64,000 bases of DNA from an uncultured cyanobacterium (GCA_963803805.1 CAWDOD010000002.1:1248001-1312000), one strand, 5' to 3'; positions 22,361 to 35,467 are shown, counted from the first letter of the stretch. Notes: generated by a model from the sequence alone, not told the origin. Numbers and translations are program-made.

Positions 22361-22990
22361 ATGTATTTGCGCCCTCTGCAACCAGTTGGTGATCTTCAAG
22401 TTCATCTGAGCGGTGACGTGACAGTTGATCCGAGTGCAATCCTGGCTCCAGGAGTCATTTTAAGAGCAGCAGCCAATAGCAAAATTGTTGTTAAGGCGGG
22501 AGTTTGTATTGGTTCGGGAACAGTTATTCATGCCTGTAAAGGGGTTATTGAAATAGGCTGTTCCGCTAGCTTGGGTGTAGGAGTTTTAATTGTCGGTGTA
22601 GGAAAGATTGGTGCTAATGCTTGTATAGGGGCAGCAACGACCATCTTTAATGCTTCTGTTAAAGAAATGCAAGTTATCCAAGCCGGTTCATTGCTAGGAG
22701 ATCCTTCGCGCCAAATCTCCCTTAATTCTGGGACACAAGCTACAAAAGAAGTTGAAAGTCCTTCAACAGCAAAAGAAGAAGATAGTTCTGGCACAGATGT
22801 GGTAGAAGAGAAGAAAGAATCTGATGCTGTCCCTGAACAAGAGCCTACATTAGGGGAGCAAAATGGTAAATCTGAGGTTAAACCGAAATCTCAGGCTTAT
22901 ATCTACGGACAAATGCAAGTTCAACAAATTTTAGGGACTATTTTACCCCATCGTCAATCTTTGAATAATGGCTCTGAAGATAGCCATTGA
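22361..22990 (+). CDS. ccmN: Carboxysome assembly protein CcmN
   Basis: Hexapeptide repeats, acidic linker and C-terminal encapsulation peptide IYGQMQVQQILGTILPHRQ. Confidence 0.9.
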   Translation: MYLRPLQPVGDLQVHLSGDVTVDPSAILAPGVILRAAANSKIVVKAGVCIGSGTVIHACKGVIEIGCSASLGVGVLIVGVGKIGANACIGAATTIFNASVKEMQVIQAGSLLGDPSRQISLNSGTQATKEVESPSTAKEEDSSGTDVVEEKKESDAVPEQEPTLGEQNGKSEVKPKSQAYIYGQMQVQQILGTILPHRQSLNNGSEDSH

Positions 22991-23603
22991 AGGAAAGAGT
23001 ATTTATCTCAATCGGGTTAATACAATAGTTGGCTCTTTGAGTAAAGATTAGAAGGAAATTTTTGCCGAGTATTTTAAGAAATTACTTTATTTTCTACTTT
23101 TAATTAAGCAAAATAACATTAGTTTGTGGTTAGCCATGTTTTGAGTAGTTTATGGCGATAAGTTGTACTATGAAAAAAAACTATCGTAGCAAAGCTTCTT
23201 CTAAATAAGCTTACAGGCACTGACTTCTAGCAACCTTGGTTTCAAATTTAGTAGCACTCAATTTGTTGCTATTGCAGCATAGTGATGGAGTTTAAACAAT
23301 CAAAGTTAACAATAGTTAATAGTTTTTTATGGCAGTTTACTTATCATGAATTAAATTAGTGTAGTCTACAAAAAAGTGTAATGAACAAAGGAGAAAATAA
23401 ATAGTTGTTGCTTAACAAAAAAACTTGGATTTATGTTAAGATAACCTCTTAAATATGAGAAAAGTAGTCAACAATAACTGGCTATCAATTTCCCACTTTA
23501 TGGTGTGCAAACTATTTTTCTAGATACTAGAAATTAAATCAGTAAGCATTCCGACAATCTCTTAGTAAAAAATCTGCCTCCGAAACGATAGAGGAATTAG
23601 CAA

Positions 23604-25022
23604 ATGGCACGAACAAAATCATCCGCTGGCTTTGAAGCTGGTGTAAAGGACTATCGTCTAACTTATTACACCCCTGATTACACACCTAAAGATACTGATC
23701 TTTTAGCTGCTTTCCGCATGACTCCCCAACCAGGAGTCCCCGCAGAAGAAGCTGCTGCTGCTGTAGCTGCTGAATCTTCCACAGGTACATGGACAACAGT
23801 TTGGACTGACGGACTAACAGACCTAGACCGCTACAAAGGTCGTTGCTACGATATTGAAGCAGTCCCCGGAGAAGATAATCAATATTTCTGTTTTGTAGCT
23901 TATCCTTTGGATCTGTTTGAAGAAGGGTCTGTTACCAATATGCTGACCTCAATTGTCGGCAACGTATTTGGTTTTAAAGCATTACGAGGATTGCGTTTAG
24001 AAGATTTAAGAATCCCCGTAGCTTACATGAAAACCTTCCAAGGTCCTCCCCACGGTATTGTGGTTGAGCGGGATAAGTTAAATAAATATGGTCGCCCCTT
24101 ATTAGGTTGTACTATTAAGCCTAAATTGGGTCTATCAGCAAAAAACTATGGTAGAGCTGTATATGAATGTCTGCGGGGTGGTTTAGACTTCACCAAAGAC
24201 GACGAAAATATTAACTCTCAGCCTTTCATGCGTTGGCGCGATCGCTTCTTATTCGTTCAAGAAGCTATTGAAAAAGCTCAAGCAGAAACCAACGAAGTTA
24301 AAGGTCATTACCTCAATGTTACTGCTCCTACTGTAGAGCAAATGATGCAACGGGCTGAGTTTGCCAAAGAAATTGGCACTCCCATCATCATGCACGACTA
24401 CCTCACCGGTGGTTTTACAGCTAACACCACCTTAGCCCGTTGGTGTCGCGAGAACGGTTTACTTTTACACATTCACCGTGCTATGCACGCGGTAATTGAT
24501 CGTCAACGTAACCACGGTATTCACTTCCGCGTTTTAGCTAAGTGCTTACGGATGTCTGGTGGTGATCACCTCCACTCTGGAACCGTTGTTGGTAAGCTAG
24601 AGGGTGAGCGGGGCATCACCATGGGTTTTGTTGACCTAATGCGGGAAGACTATGTAGAAGAAGATCGTGAGCGCGGTATCTTTTTCACTCAAGACTATGC
24701 TTCCATGCCTGGAGTCATGCCTGTAGCTTCCGGTGGTATCCACGTTTGGCATATGCCAGCCTTAGTAGAAATCTTCGGCGACGACTCTTGCTTACAGTTT
24801 GGTGGTGGTACATTAGGACACCCTTGGGGTAATGCTCCTGGTGCAACAGCTAACCGTGTTGCCTTAGAAGCTTGTATCCAAGCCCGTAACGAAGGTCGTA
24901 GTTTAGCCAGGGAAGGCAATGATGTCATCCGCGAAGCTACTCGCTGGAGTCCTGAGTTGAAAGTTGCTTGTGAACTTTGGAAAGAAATCAAGTTCGAGTT
25001 CGAGGCAATAGATACTCTGTAA
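23604..25022 (+). CDS. rbcL: Rubisco large subunit (form IB)
   Basis: [20 protein letters not shown] active-site motif; 472 aa. Confidence 0.99.
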   Translation: MARTKSSAGFEAGVKDYRLTYYTPDYTPKDTDLLAAFRMTPQPGVPAEEAAAAVAAESSTGTWTTVWTDGLTDLDRYKGRCYDIEAVPGEDNQYFCFVAYPLDLFEEGSVTNMLTSIVGNVFGFKALRGLRLEDLRIPVAYMKTFQGPPHGIVVERDKLNKYGRPLLGCTIKPKLGLSAKNYGRAVYECLRGGLDFTKDDENINSQPFMRWRDRFLFVQEAIEKAQAETNEVKGHYLNVTAPTVEQMMQRAEFAKEIGTPIIMHDYLTGGFTANTTLARWCRENGLLLHIHRAMHAVIDRQRNHGIHFRVLAKCLRMSGGDHLHSGTVVGKLEGERGITMGFVDLMREDYVEEDRERGIFFTQDYASMPGVMPVASGGIHVWHMPALVEIFGDDSCLQFGGGTLGHPWGNAPGATANRVALEACIQARNEGRSLAREGNDVIREATRWSPELKVACELWKEIKFEFEAIDTL

Positions 25023-25032
25023 CAGTTTGTTA

Positions 25033-25076
25033 GTGGTTAGTTGTTATAAATTGGTGAACATCAAACAACTAACCAC
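25033..25076 (+). other. Stem-loop after rbcL (mRNA stabiliser/processing signal)
   Basis: gtggttagttgtt ... aacaactaaccac, perfect 13-bp inverted repeat. Confidence 0.5.
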
Positions 25077-25108
25077 CACAAAAACCCTCATTGGGATGGG
25101 TAAGTGTA

Positions 25109-25492
25109 ATGTATCCAAAAAAAGTTGCCCAAGAGACAACTAAAGCAATTCAAAACTACTTGACCTTTCAAGCGGTAAAGACGATTGCGGAGCAGTTGTC
25201 AGAAACCAATCCACCTCAAGGGATCTGGCTGAGGCAATACTCTTCTGGCAAACTCCAAGATGGAGAGGCTTATTTAGAAGGTTTGATGTTAGAAAGGAAA
25301 GATTTAGTGCTGCGGATTATGATAGTTCGCCAAGAACTAGCAGAAGCAGTGGTAGATTTTTTGCCAGGAATGGTGCGTAATAGCATCCAAGAATCTAACT
25401 TAGAAAGGCGCAAGCAACTTTTGGAACGTTTAACCCAAACCTCTGAACAGGATACAGAAACGGAGTTGGATGCCAATGACTCCCCAGATTAA
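25109..25492 (+). CDS. rbcX: Rubisco assembly chaperone RbcX
   Basis: NYLTFQAVKTIAEQLSETNPP and LVLRIMIVRQELA motifs; lies between rbcL and rbcS. ATG at 25109 is preferred over TTG at 25091. Confidence 0.93.
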   Translation: MYPKKVAQETTKAIQNYLTFQAVKTIAEQLSETNPPQGIWLRQYSSGKLQDGEAYLEGLMLERKDLVLRIMIVRQELAEAVVDFLPGMVRNSIQESNLERRKQLLERLTQTSEQDTETELDANDSPD

Positions 25493-25525
25493 CAAATTTA
25501 CTAATTTAAGCCAAAGGCAAAAAAG

Positions 25526-25861
25526 ATGAAAACATTACCAAAAGAGCGTCGTTACGAAACTCTTTCTTATTTACCTCCTTTAACTGATCAGCAAATTGCT
25601 CGACAAATTGAGTATATGTTGGATCAGGGTTTTATTCCTGCTATTGAATTTGAAGAAGATCCTGCACCTACAGATTACCATTGGACTTTGTGGAAGTTGC
25701 CTTTATTTCAAGTTAATAGCCCTCAAGATGTTCTCAATGAAATCAGAGAGTGCCGTCAGGAGTATCCTAATGTTTACATTCGGGTAGCTGGTTTTGACAA
25801 TATTAAGCAATGTCAAACTATTAGCTTTATTGTTCACAAACCTGGGACTAGCCGTTACTAA
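25526..25861 (+). CDS. rbcS: Rubisco small subunit
   Basis: [24 protein letters not shown]...WTLWKLPLF. Confidence 0.98.
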   Translation: MKTLPKERRYETLSYLPPLTDQQIARQIEYMLDQGFIPAIEFEEDPAPTDYHWTLWKLPLFQVNSPQDVLNEIRECRQEYPNVYIRVAGFDNIKQCQTISFIVHKPGTSRY

Positions 25862-25886
25862 GTTAGTTAGAGTTTGAATTTCAAAG

Positions 25887-25925
25887 ATGATGCTGAGTTA
25901 TTAAATTCTCAGCATCATTTTTTTT
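25887..25925 (+). terminator. Rho-independent terminator of rbcLXS
   Basis: atgatgctgag-N10-ctcagcatcat followed by a T-run. Confidence 0.8.
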
Positions 25926-26104
25926 GTGATCGCTATTGGGAAATTTCTTACAGGAAATTCTTGATACTCAGTTGATTAAACTTGGGCTTGTTAACCGAAT
26001 AACTTGAATAAAGTATTGCCATAACAACATCACATCCTGGGAAAGATAGTAGCAAAGAATAACCATTGTTATCCTGGGGGAAAGTTTGATGGGGGTGTTG
26101 AGTT

Positions 26105-28384
26105 ATGGCATCTGTTAGTAATCCTGATTATGAAGTAGGAAAATTAGCTTTAAATGAAAGGGATTATGCCACAGCGATCGCACATTTTCAGGGTATATGT
26201 GAAGTAGAGTTGGATGAAAACCTGATTACTCTGGCACAACAAGGATTAGTATTAGCCTATTGCGAAAGCGGTGAACCAGAAAAAGCGATCGCCCTATGTC
26301 ATGGTTTGACAGAAATTCGCGATCCGAAAATTAGTGCTTGGGCATCGCGAACTTTGGTAGATTTGAATAATCGCTTTTCCCAAGCTAAAGCTTCTAATTC
26401 CCCGGTTAAGCTGAAACCCCCCGAAGAAATCCCTAATCCTCAACTTCCGGTTAATGTAGCTTCTCCTTCCCAATACCGCCCCTCAATTTTCACCCCAGGT
26501 AGACAGTGGCGTAATGCTGAGGGGGCGGAAACTTGGAAACCCATGAAACGATTGAAAAGATATCGTTTGTGGGCAGTGGAACTTGTCTGTGGGGTAGCTT
26601 TTTTTGTGGTGTTGCGTTGGTTGGTCTACTTAGCCATGACAACTATTAATAATATTCTTAATTGGTTGCCTTTGGTTCGTCCTTTACAAATTTTATATCG
26701 CAACCCCACTAATTTTTTACTAATAGTTTTAGGTATTTTGGCCATAGCTGCCCCTTGGTTATTAGATTTCCTATTCAAAAAGTTCCATGGTTGGCAACCT
26801 TTCCCCGTTACTAAACTGGCAGCACAGTATCCTGAAGTTGCTAAGACTTTACAAAGATATTGTCGGAAGAAGAAAATTCCCATTCCCAAGTTAGCTATTT
26901 TACCGACGGATATTCCTTTAGCTTTAAGTTACGGTAACTTACCTCGTACAGCTAGAATTGTCGTTAGTCAAGGCTTATTAGATAAGTTAGAGGTAGAGGA
27001 AATTGAAGCGATTTATGGCCACGAATTAGGACATATTATTTATTGGGATTTCCTACCGATGTCTGTGGCGATGTTAGTTATGCAAGTTCCCTACATTCTT
27101 TATTGGCAAATTTCGCGATGGGGAGAAACAACTAAAGATAGGTCTAAATCTCCCCCATACTTCCCCATAATTAGAGGGATTGCAGCTATCTTAGCCGCGA
27201 TTTTTTATAGTATCTACTGGGTATTAAGATTGCCCCTTCTCTGGTTTTCCCGGCGGCGAGTTTATTATAGTGATCGCGCTGCAACGGAAATTACTGGCAA
27301 CCCCAACGCCCTTAGCCGTGGTTTGCTTAAAATAGCCATGGGTATGGCGGAAAGTATCGAAAAAAAAGGTTACACAACTTGGCTTTTAGAAGGCTTTGAC
27401 GTAATGATGCCTCTAGGTTATAAACAAGCTATTGGCGTAGGCAGCTTTCCGGATCATACTCCTTTGGAATTAGTCCTAGCTTGGGAATGCACCAACCCCT
27501 ATCGTCATTGGTTAGCCTTAACCAACTCCCATGCCCTTACTGGCGATCGCCTTTACCTTTTAGGACGTTACGCTTATTTCTGGAAACTACAACCAGAACT
27601 AGATTTACCTACCCTCACGCCCCCACCAAAAAACAATGTAGCCTTGTTGGAAAAAATTAAAAACAGTTATCGTGCTTTACCAATTCTGCAAAGTGCTATC
27701 ATTGCCGGTACAGTCTTCGGTCTTCTGTTCCGAGGTTTGCTTTGGGTTATTGGTAAAATTAGCGATTGGCTCAATATTACTCAGCTAATTTGGTTATACA
27801 ACGCTCAATTTTTCCTTGATGCTTGCATTCTCTTTGCCTTTAGTATTGTCACCATTCTTTTGGTTAACAATTACTTCCCGGATATACGCATTTCTCCCAC
27901 TCGCACTGAACCTCGTCTACAAGATTTAGTCAGCGATTCTCAAGCTTTACCTCCAGATAGTCAAGGAATAAAAATCAGTGGCAAACTTTTAGGCAGAGAA
28001 GGCATCAGTAACTGGTTAGTACAGGATTTAGTCTTGGCAACTTCCACTGGTTTAATAAAACTCCACTTCTTTTCTAAACTTGGCCCTTTGGGTAATTTGT
28101 TACCTTTAGATATTGCTCAACATCGTTCTGGGAAAGTGATTTTGCCTATGTTACATTTTAATGCTTGGCGATGTCTTGTCGTTAAACGTCCTTGCCAGTT
28201 AATTGAGCAAGATGTTACGATTACAGGCTGGTTTCGCCGGGGTAGCACGGCTTGGATTGATGTAGATACTATTGAAACTAAAGACGGGAAAATAATTCGT
28301 AGCGGTTATCCAGTTTGGGTGACTATTCTTTTAATTATTGCTGCCCTTTGGGGAGCTTATTTAATTTGGCAAGTAGGAATTTGA
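26105..28384 (+). CDS. M48-family (HtpX-like) membrane zinc metalloprotease with N-terminal TPR
   Basis: HELGH zinc motif, SRRRVYYSDRAA..TGNPNAL, TM helices and TPR-like N-terminus. Confidence 0.85.
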   Translation: MASVSNPDYEVGKLALNERDYATAIAHFQGICEVELDENLITLAQQGLVLAYCESGEPEKAIALCHGLTEIRDPKISAWASRTLVDLNNRFSQAKASNSPVKLKPPEEIPNPQLPVNVASPSQYRPSIFTPGRQWRNAEGAETWKPMKRLKRYRLWAVELVCGVAFFVVLRWLVYLAMTTINNILNWLPLVRPLQILYRNPTNFLLIVLGILAIAAPWLLDFLFKKFHGWQPFPVTKLAAQYPEVAKTLQRYCRKKKIPIPKLAILPTDIPLALSYGNLPRTARIVVSQGLLDKLEVEEIEAIYGHELGHIIYWDFLPMSVAMLVMQVPYILYWQISRWGETTKDRSKSPPYFPIIRGIAAILAAIFYSIYWVLRLPLLWFSRRRVYYSDRAATEITGNPNALSRGLLKIAMGMAESIEKKGYTTWLLEGFDVMMPLGYKQAIGVGSFPDHTPLELVLAWECTNPYRHWLALTNSHALTGDRLYLLGRYAYFWKLQPELDLPTLTPPPKNNVALLEKIKNSYRALPILQSAIIAGTVFGLLFRGLLWVIGKISDWLNITQLIWLYNAQFFLDACILFAFSIVTILLVNNYFPDIRISPTRTEPRLQDLVSDSQALPPDSQGIKISGKLLGREGISNWLVQDLVLATSTGLIKLHFFSKLGPLGNLLPLDIAQHRSGKVILPMLHFNAWRCLVVKRPCQLIEQDVTITGWFRRGSTAWIDVDTIETKDGKIIRSGYPVWVTILLIIAALWGAYLIWQVGI

Positions 28385-28387
28385 TTT

Positions 28388-29839
28388 CTAATCACAACCA
28401 CAGTTGTCGCAATGTCCACACTGCCATTTTGGTGTTTCTTGAGGGCAACCAAAAGCATCAAGAAGAAACTGCCAACGGCAAGTTTTTATCTTAAGATAGT
28501 CAATCATTTGCTTTTGGTAGCTTTTTTGTCTAGCTTTAAGTTGAGAAAAAGAACCAGAGGATTTATTTTTTGTTAGCTGATAATGAAAAGGATTTTGCCA
28601 TTGTAAATGCCCCGTACTACGGAGAATAGCTAAAGCAATCCCTGCATCAGGAAATTCTTTAGTAATAGTTTCTATTTCTCCTTGGGAAGGTAGTTGCTTA
28701 GCTAAATTGTGCGCTTGTTGATACTTTTTTTGTAAACTTTCACTAAAAAAACGGTTGCGTTGTTTATCCTCTGGATTCAAAAATCCTGTTGGTTCACTAA
28801 CTAAAGTAAGGGCAATGGCAGATTTACCATCTCTTCCTGCCCTGCCTACTTCTTGAATATACTCAGAGAGAAGTTGGGGGGCTTGGAAATGAACAACCCA
28901 ACGTACATTAGATTTATTGATGCCCATGCCGAAAGCAGAGGTACAAACCGTGAATTGAGTTTGCCCTGCTAACCAACTCCCTTCAATTTGCCTCCTTTGC
29001 TGGGCATTTAAACCAGCGTGATAAGCTGCGGTTTTGTAACCTAAAGATTTTAACCACTGTGCTAATTCTTGACTCTCACGACGGGAACGAACATAAACTA
29101 GTCCTGTCTGTCTACCCTGGCTACGGATAAATTTCAGGAGTTGGGCTTTTCTGCCTTTAGGTGTCCAAACTATTTTTACCCGCAAATTGAGATTAGAACG
29201 ATAGGGACTGTGGAGGAAAAGTGCAGGGTTTTGAAGTTGTAGACTATTGGTAATAATTTGTTGGGCTTGAGGATCTGCTGTGGCGGTAAAAGCGGCGATC
29301 GCAATTTTAGTGCCGGGAGGTTTTATTTTTAACAACGCAGGGCGTACAGTCCCCAAACGGCGATAAGTTGGCCTAAAAGTGTCTCCCCACTGTACTAAAC
29401 AATGTGCCTCATCAAGAATTAAACCATTGATTGCTAAGTGAGGGCGAGACAAAATTTCCCAAACAGGTTTACTCAAAAGTGTCTCTGGCGAAAGATAGAG
29501 TAACCGGAGTTGTTGTTTAACCAAAGCTTGCAATACACTACGCTTTTGGGAAGTGGGTAGCTGAGAGTGTAAAAGGGCAGCCGGTAAACGGCGATCGCGT
29601 AACTCCTTAACCTGATTTTCCATCAAAGCTACTAAAGGGGAAATAACTAAAGTTAAACCCGTTTGTAGCAAGGCTGGAAGTTGAAAACAAACTGATTTAC
29701 CTCCACCCGTTGGTAAAACAATTAAAGCGTCCTTAGTTTGTAAAAGATTACGAACAATTTCCCCTTGGGGTGGCCGGAAATCATCATAGCCCCAAATTTT
29801 TTGAAAAGTAGTCCGAACTTGATTTAAATCTTTTTGCAA
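28388..29839 (-). CDS. recQ: RecQ-family ATP-dependent DNA helicase
   Basis: PTGGGKS, DEAHC, QEVGRAGRDG and C-terminal Zn motif CGHCDNC. Confidence 0.9.
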   Translation of the reverse strand: MQKDLNQVRTTFQKIWGYDDFRPPQGEIVRNLLQTKDALIVLPTGGGKSVCFQLPALLQTGLTLVISPLVALMENQVKELRDRRLPAALLHSQLPTSQKRSVLQALVKQQLRLLYLSPETLLSKPVWEILSRPHLAINGLILDEAHCLVQWGDTFRPTYRRLGTVRPALLKIKPPGTKIAIAAFTATADPQAQQIITNSLQLQNPALFLHSPYRSNLNLRVKIVWTPKGRKAQLLKFIRSQGRQTGLVYVRSRRESQELAQWLKSLGYKTAAYHAGLNAQQRRQIEGSWLAGQTQFTVCTSAFGMGINKSNVRWVVHFQAPQLLSEYIQEVGRAGRDGKSAIALTLVSEPTGFLNPEDKQRNRFFSESLQKKYQQAHNLAKQLPSQGEIETITKEFPDAGIALAILRSTGHLQWQNPFHYQLTKNKSSGSFSQLKARQKSYQKQMIDYLKIKTCRWQFLLDAFGCPQETPKWQCGHCDNCGCD

Positions 29840-29982
29840 ATAGCTGTTCCTTGTTTATTTGACACTCAGGAAAAGATCAAATGCAGTTTTTATAGCCTGA
29901 TCAAGGAGGAAGCGATCACCTTCCCCCCTATTATCTATTCTTAGAGTAGTTAAACTATTGCCTACTGCCTACTCCGTTTTTC

Positions 29983-31868
29983 CTACAACTGAGGTACATA
30001 CTGTTCCTTTTCCGGTACATCAGTATACTCAGCAACAATTTGCCGAAACTCTTCGCCGTCAATTGTTTCTTTTTCGATCAACAAATCTACCAAGCGATCC
30101 ATCACTTCGCGATTCTCTCTCACTATTTTCCTAGCTAAGTTATGACCATGTTCAGCAAGGATGCGAATTTGGTCGTCAATTTTTGCCGCAACTACTTCAG
30201 AATATTCGGCACGGTTCATAAAACTTCCCCCCAGGAAAACTTCTCCTTGTTGTCCTTCTAGGGAAAGGGGGCTAAATCACTCATACCAAAACGAGTTACC
30301 ATTTGCCTAGCCATGCCAGTAACTTGTTGTAAGTCACCCCCAGCACCAGTTGTTACTTCTGCATCGCCAAATATCTCTTCCTCAGCGGCTCTTCCACCCA
30401 TGGCCCCCGCAATACGAGCCATCAACTGCGCTCTAGTTGTTAAACCTTGTTCTTCATTGGGGGTAAACCAAGTTAAACCTTGAGCCTGTCCTCTAGGAAT
30501 TAAGGTAACTTTTTGTACAGGATCATGGTCTTTAAGCAAAGTTCCTACCATAGCATGACCAACTTCATGGTAAGCAATTAAACGCTTGCTCTTACTATCT
30601 ACTAAAGGAGTACCTTCCATCCCGGCAACTACACGATCCACCGCATCATCAATCTCTTGCATGGTGATGGCTTCTTTACGGCGACGGGCAGTTAAAATAG
30701 CAGCCTCGTTGAGTAAGTTAGCTAAATCAGCCCCAGTAAAACCAGGAGTGCGCCGTGCGATGGTTTCTAAGGAAATTTCCTCTGCCAGCTTTTTATTGCG
30801 GGCATGAACGTCTAGCACTCCTATACGTCCTTTTAAGTCGGGGGCATCAACAATTACCTGGCGATCAAAACGTCCGGGACGCAATAAAGCAGAGTCTAGA
30901 ACATCAGGACGGTTAGTAGCAGCAATAATAATGATTCCTGTGTTGCCTTCAAAACCATCCATTTCTGTTAATAATTGGTTGAGGGTTTGTTCCCGTTCAT
31001 CATTTCCTCCCCCAATACCTGCACCACGCTGGCGACCGACAGCATCAATTTCATCAATGAAAATGAGACAAGGGGCATTTTCTTTCGCTTTTTTAAACAA
31101 ATCCCGAACGCGAGAAGCACCAACACCGACAAACATCTCGACAAATTCCGAACCAGAAATACTAAAGAAAGGTACTCCAGCTTCTCCGGCGATCGCTTTG
31201 GCAAGTAAAGTTTTACCTGTTCCTGGAGGCCCTACTAATAATACGCCTTTGGGAATACGAGCGCCTACTGCGGTGAAACGTTCCGGTTGCTTAAGGAAGG
31301 TAACTACTTCCTGTAATTCTTCTTTGGCTTCGTCAATACCAGCCACATCATCAAATAAGACCCCGGTTTGGGCTTCCATTTGGAAACGAGCGCGAGACTT
31401 GCCAAAATTCATTGCTTGTCCGGGACCTCCTGGTATATTGCTGGAGCGTCGGAAGAGGAAAAACAGAGCCACAATTAGTAAAATGGGGAAAATTAAATTG
31501 CCCAAAAAGCCCCATAAAGCCCCTTCATTACCGGCAGGATGAGCATCTAAAGCAACATTAGCATCCCTAAGCTTGGTAATTAATTCTGGAGCAGTAGCGG
31601 GTAAATCTACTCGCAGTCTTTGGACTCGATTATCTAATTCTGGGTCTACCGCTTGAACAATTGCTGTGCGACCTCCTTCAAATAAGTCAACACGATTAAC
31701 TCTGCCTGCATCTAAATACTCCAAAAACCGACTATAGGTCATGCGAGTGCTAGCAGTGTTGTTAGTCATGTTAGTTGTGGCTGAAGCAAATGTCCCTTGC
31801 CAAAAGAAAAAGCCGATGACTAAAGCTGGTAACGTCCAAAGTAGTACAATTCTCCAGGAAAATTTCAT
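29983..31868 (-). CDS. ftsH2: ATP-dependent zinc metalloprotease FtsH2; single-base frameshift near 30270
   Basis: MKFSWR N-terminus, GPPGTGKT Walker A and HEVGH. Adding one G restores [31 protein letters not shown] and joins ORF 29983-30219. Confidence 0.9.
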
Positions 31869-32273
31869 ATTTTTTATTTAGTGTCTAAATACTTGAATTA
31901 CAGTTAACGAGGGCTGAGAAGTTAGTTTTTAATAGGGGGATAGTTGAACCTCTATACTATAAAAACGTTTTTTTGTCAAAAATACTTGAGGTTGTTTTCC
32001 AAGAAATGTCCTTTAAAGCACATCTATCTTAACTAAATTTAACTTAATTCTCATCTTTTGTACAACCAAAAACAAACTTAGCGCGTTAGTATCGTTCAGT
32101 CTTAACTGAAAATACCAACGCGCTTGTTCTAGAAAATATTGGTTGCTACAAACCAGTTAAAAGAAACTAGTGGTCTGTCAAAACTAAATTTGGGGATAGC
32201 TTGACTATCAAATCTACTACCCCTGACCCTTGACCTCTAACCTCTGACCTGTCAATTTCCAATTGACAGAACA

Positions 32274-33524
<1,251 letters not shown>

Positions 33525-34035
33525 CTACTTCACAATCCTCAACCCATCAAGATTTCACTGATGATTAGCTGAGACTTGAGAAGAAGTTACGCTTTATAAA
33601 GCGTATCATTGCTAGCGTAGCTAGCTGTAGAGTTGGGGTGATATTGAATATTCCTCTTAAAGGAGTTCTTTTAGAGAAGATACTTGTTTTGCAACCCATA
33701 AACTGTCAATATTGAGTCAATTTAATGTTTTCTTTAGCCAAAATGCACTGGCTACTTTAGCATAAGTACTGGGCGAGATATTCCAATCCCACTCAGCCTT
33801 GTAAGGAAAATCCTCTTCTGACCAAAGCCCACAAGTAAGTACTTAGTATGAAATACCTACTAGAGTTGACTTCGGTTTTGTTTAATGATGTTGCTTGAGA
33901 TGTAACTACGCTATTTTATTCTTAAAAAGCTTAATTGCTAAAAGCTACATTATTACTAGGGGGAGTAACTTCAAGGGGCAGGATTTTAACTTGCTTAATA
34001 CTTTTTAGAATATCAGTTTTGTATAGAGGGAAGCT

Positions 34036-35037
34036 ATGACCACTAAGTTTGATCGTGTGGTTTTAATTGGTGTTGCGGGGGACTCTGGATGCGGTAAATC
34101 GACATTTTTACGCCGCCTCAACGATTTGTTTGGTGAAGAGTTTATGACGGTTATCTGTTTAGATGATTATCATAGTCTTGACCGCAAAGGTAGGAAAAAA
34201 GCCGGAGTCACCGCACTCAATCCAAAAGCCAATAATTTTGACCTGATGTATGAGCAAATTAAAGCTCTCAAAAATGGTCAGGCAATAGACAAACCTATTT
34301 ATAATCATGAAACAGGAGAACTTGATCCTCCAGAAAGAATTGAACCAAATAGAGTTGTTGTCATTGAGGGTTTGCATCCTCTCTATGACGAAAGGGTTAG
34401 AGAATTAGTTGATTTTGGTGTTTATCTAGACATTAGCGATGAGGTCAAGATTAACTGGAAAATTCAGAGGGATATGGCCGAGCGAGGCCATACTTATGAA
34501 GATATCTTAGCTTCTATTAATGCCAGAAGACCCGATTTTACTGCTTATATCGAACCACAAAAGCAACACGCTGATGTGGTTATTCAAGTACTACCAACGA
34601 AGCTAACTGATGATAAAGAAAGCAAACTTTTACGGGTGCGCTTAGTTCAAAAAGAAGAAGTGCCAGGTTTTGATACAGTGTACTTGTTCGATGAAGGTTC
34701 TACTATTGACTGGCGACCTTGTGGACGGAAGCTAACTTGTGCTTATCCTGGTATTAAGATGTACTATGGCCCCGATAATTTTGAAGGCAACGAAGTTTCT
34801 ATTTTAGAGGTTGACGGTCAATTCGATAACCTCGAAGAGATGATCTACATCGAAAGCCATTTGAGTAATACAGCAACTCGCTACTATGGTGAAATGACTG
34901 AACTATTACTTAAACGCCGAGATTATCCAGGGTCTAAAAATGGTTCAGGGCTATTCCAAATTCTTGTCGGTTTGAAGATGCGCGAAGTTTATGAGCGTTT
35001 GACTTCTGCTGAGAGTAAAGTGGCAGCTAAGGTTTAG
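34036..35037 (+). CDS. prk: Phosphoribulokinase
   Basis: IGVAGDSGCGKSTF and ICLDDYH motifs; divergent from petH. Confidence 0.97.
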   Translation: MTTKFDRVVLIGVAGDSGCGKSTFLRRLNDLFGEEFMTVICLDDYHSLDRKGRKKAGVTALNPKANNFDLMYEQIKALKNGQAIDKPIYNHETGELDPPERIEPNRVVVIEGLHPLYDERVRELVDFGVYLDISDEVKINWKIQRDMAERGHTYEDILASINARRPDFTAYIEPQKQHADVVIQVLPTKLTDDKESKLLRVRLVQKEEVPGFDTVYLFDEGSTIDWRPCGRKLTCAYPGIKMYYGPDNFEGNEVSILEVDGQFDNLEEMIYIESHLSNTATRYYGEMTELLLKRRDYPGSKNGSGLFQILVGLKMREVYERLTSAESKVAAKV

Positions 35038-35078
35038 TTGGCTTTTTGTCGTTAAAATCAACTATTAATTGTGCTAGT

Positions 35079-35120
35079 CGCGAGATACTTTCAAAGGGGA
35101 ATCTCGCGATCGCCTTTTTT
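35079..35120 (+). terminator. Probable terminator after prk
   Basis: cgcgagat...atctcgcg inverted repeat followed by a T-run. Confidence 0.5.
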
Positions 35121-35146
35121 CATAATTTTACTTTTGAAATAATTTA

Positions 35147-35443
35147 GTGTTTGTGGGGTTTTTGAACGTGAGATTTTGGACGGCTAGCTTTTTGGTATTA
35201 TTGGGCGTTGCTGAATTTTATCAATGGGTGAAAGATTTCACTTTACCTTTACCCATTTATGTTTTTGGTGGGGCATTTCTTGCCCTTGCTTCCAATTACG
35301 AGAAAGGTATAGCTCTTTTAAATCCACCACAATCTGTTTCTGTTAGCTTTCCAGTAGGTTCAACAGAAGTCAAACCTGTACCCCCTTCTCAAAAAATCTC
35401 TCAACCTCCTAAGCCCATCTCTTTTAAGATTAAGCAGGATTAG
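35147..35443 (+). CDS. Small hypothetical membrane protein
   Basis: Two hydrophobic segments, LPLPIYVFGGAFLALASNY, and a Pro-rich tail ending ISFKI. The start could be GTG 35168. Confidence 0.6.
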   Translation: MFVGFLNVRFWTASFLVLLGVAEFYQWVKDFTLPLPIYVFGGAFLALASNYEKGIALLNPPQSVSVSFPVGSTEVKPVPPSQKISQPPKPISFKIKQD

Positions 35444-35467
35444 TTTTTCATTAGGGAATGAAGCTTG

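Noticed and set aside
29983-30260. Separate 78-aa gene or ftsH pseudogene
   Set aside because: It is the collinear FtsH2 C-terminus. One missing G beside a C-run explains the break, most likely a sequencing indel.
30931-31542. 203-aa plus-strand ORF and other antisense ORFs (e.g. 41102-41620, 24695-24991, 14610-14954)
   Set aside because: Shadow frames opposite well-conserved genes, with no recognisable motifs.
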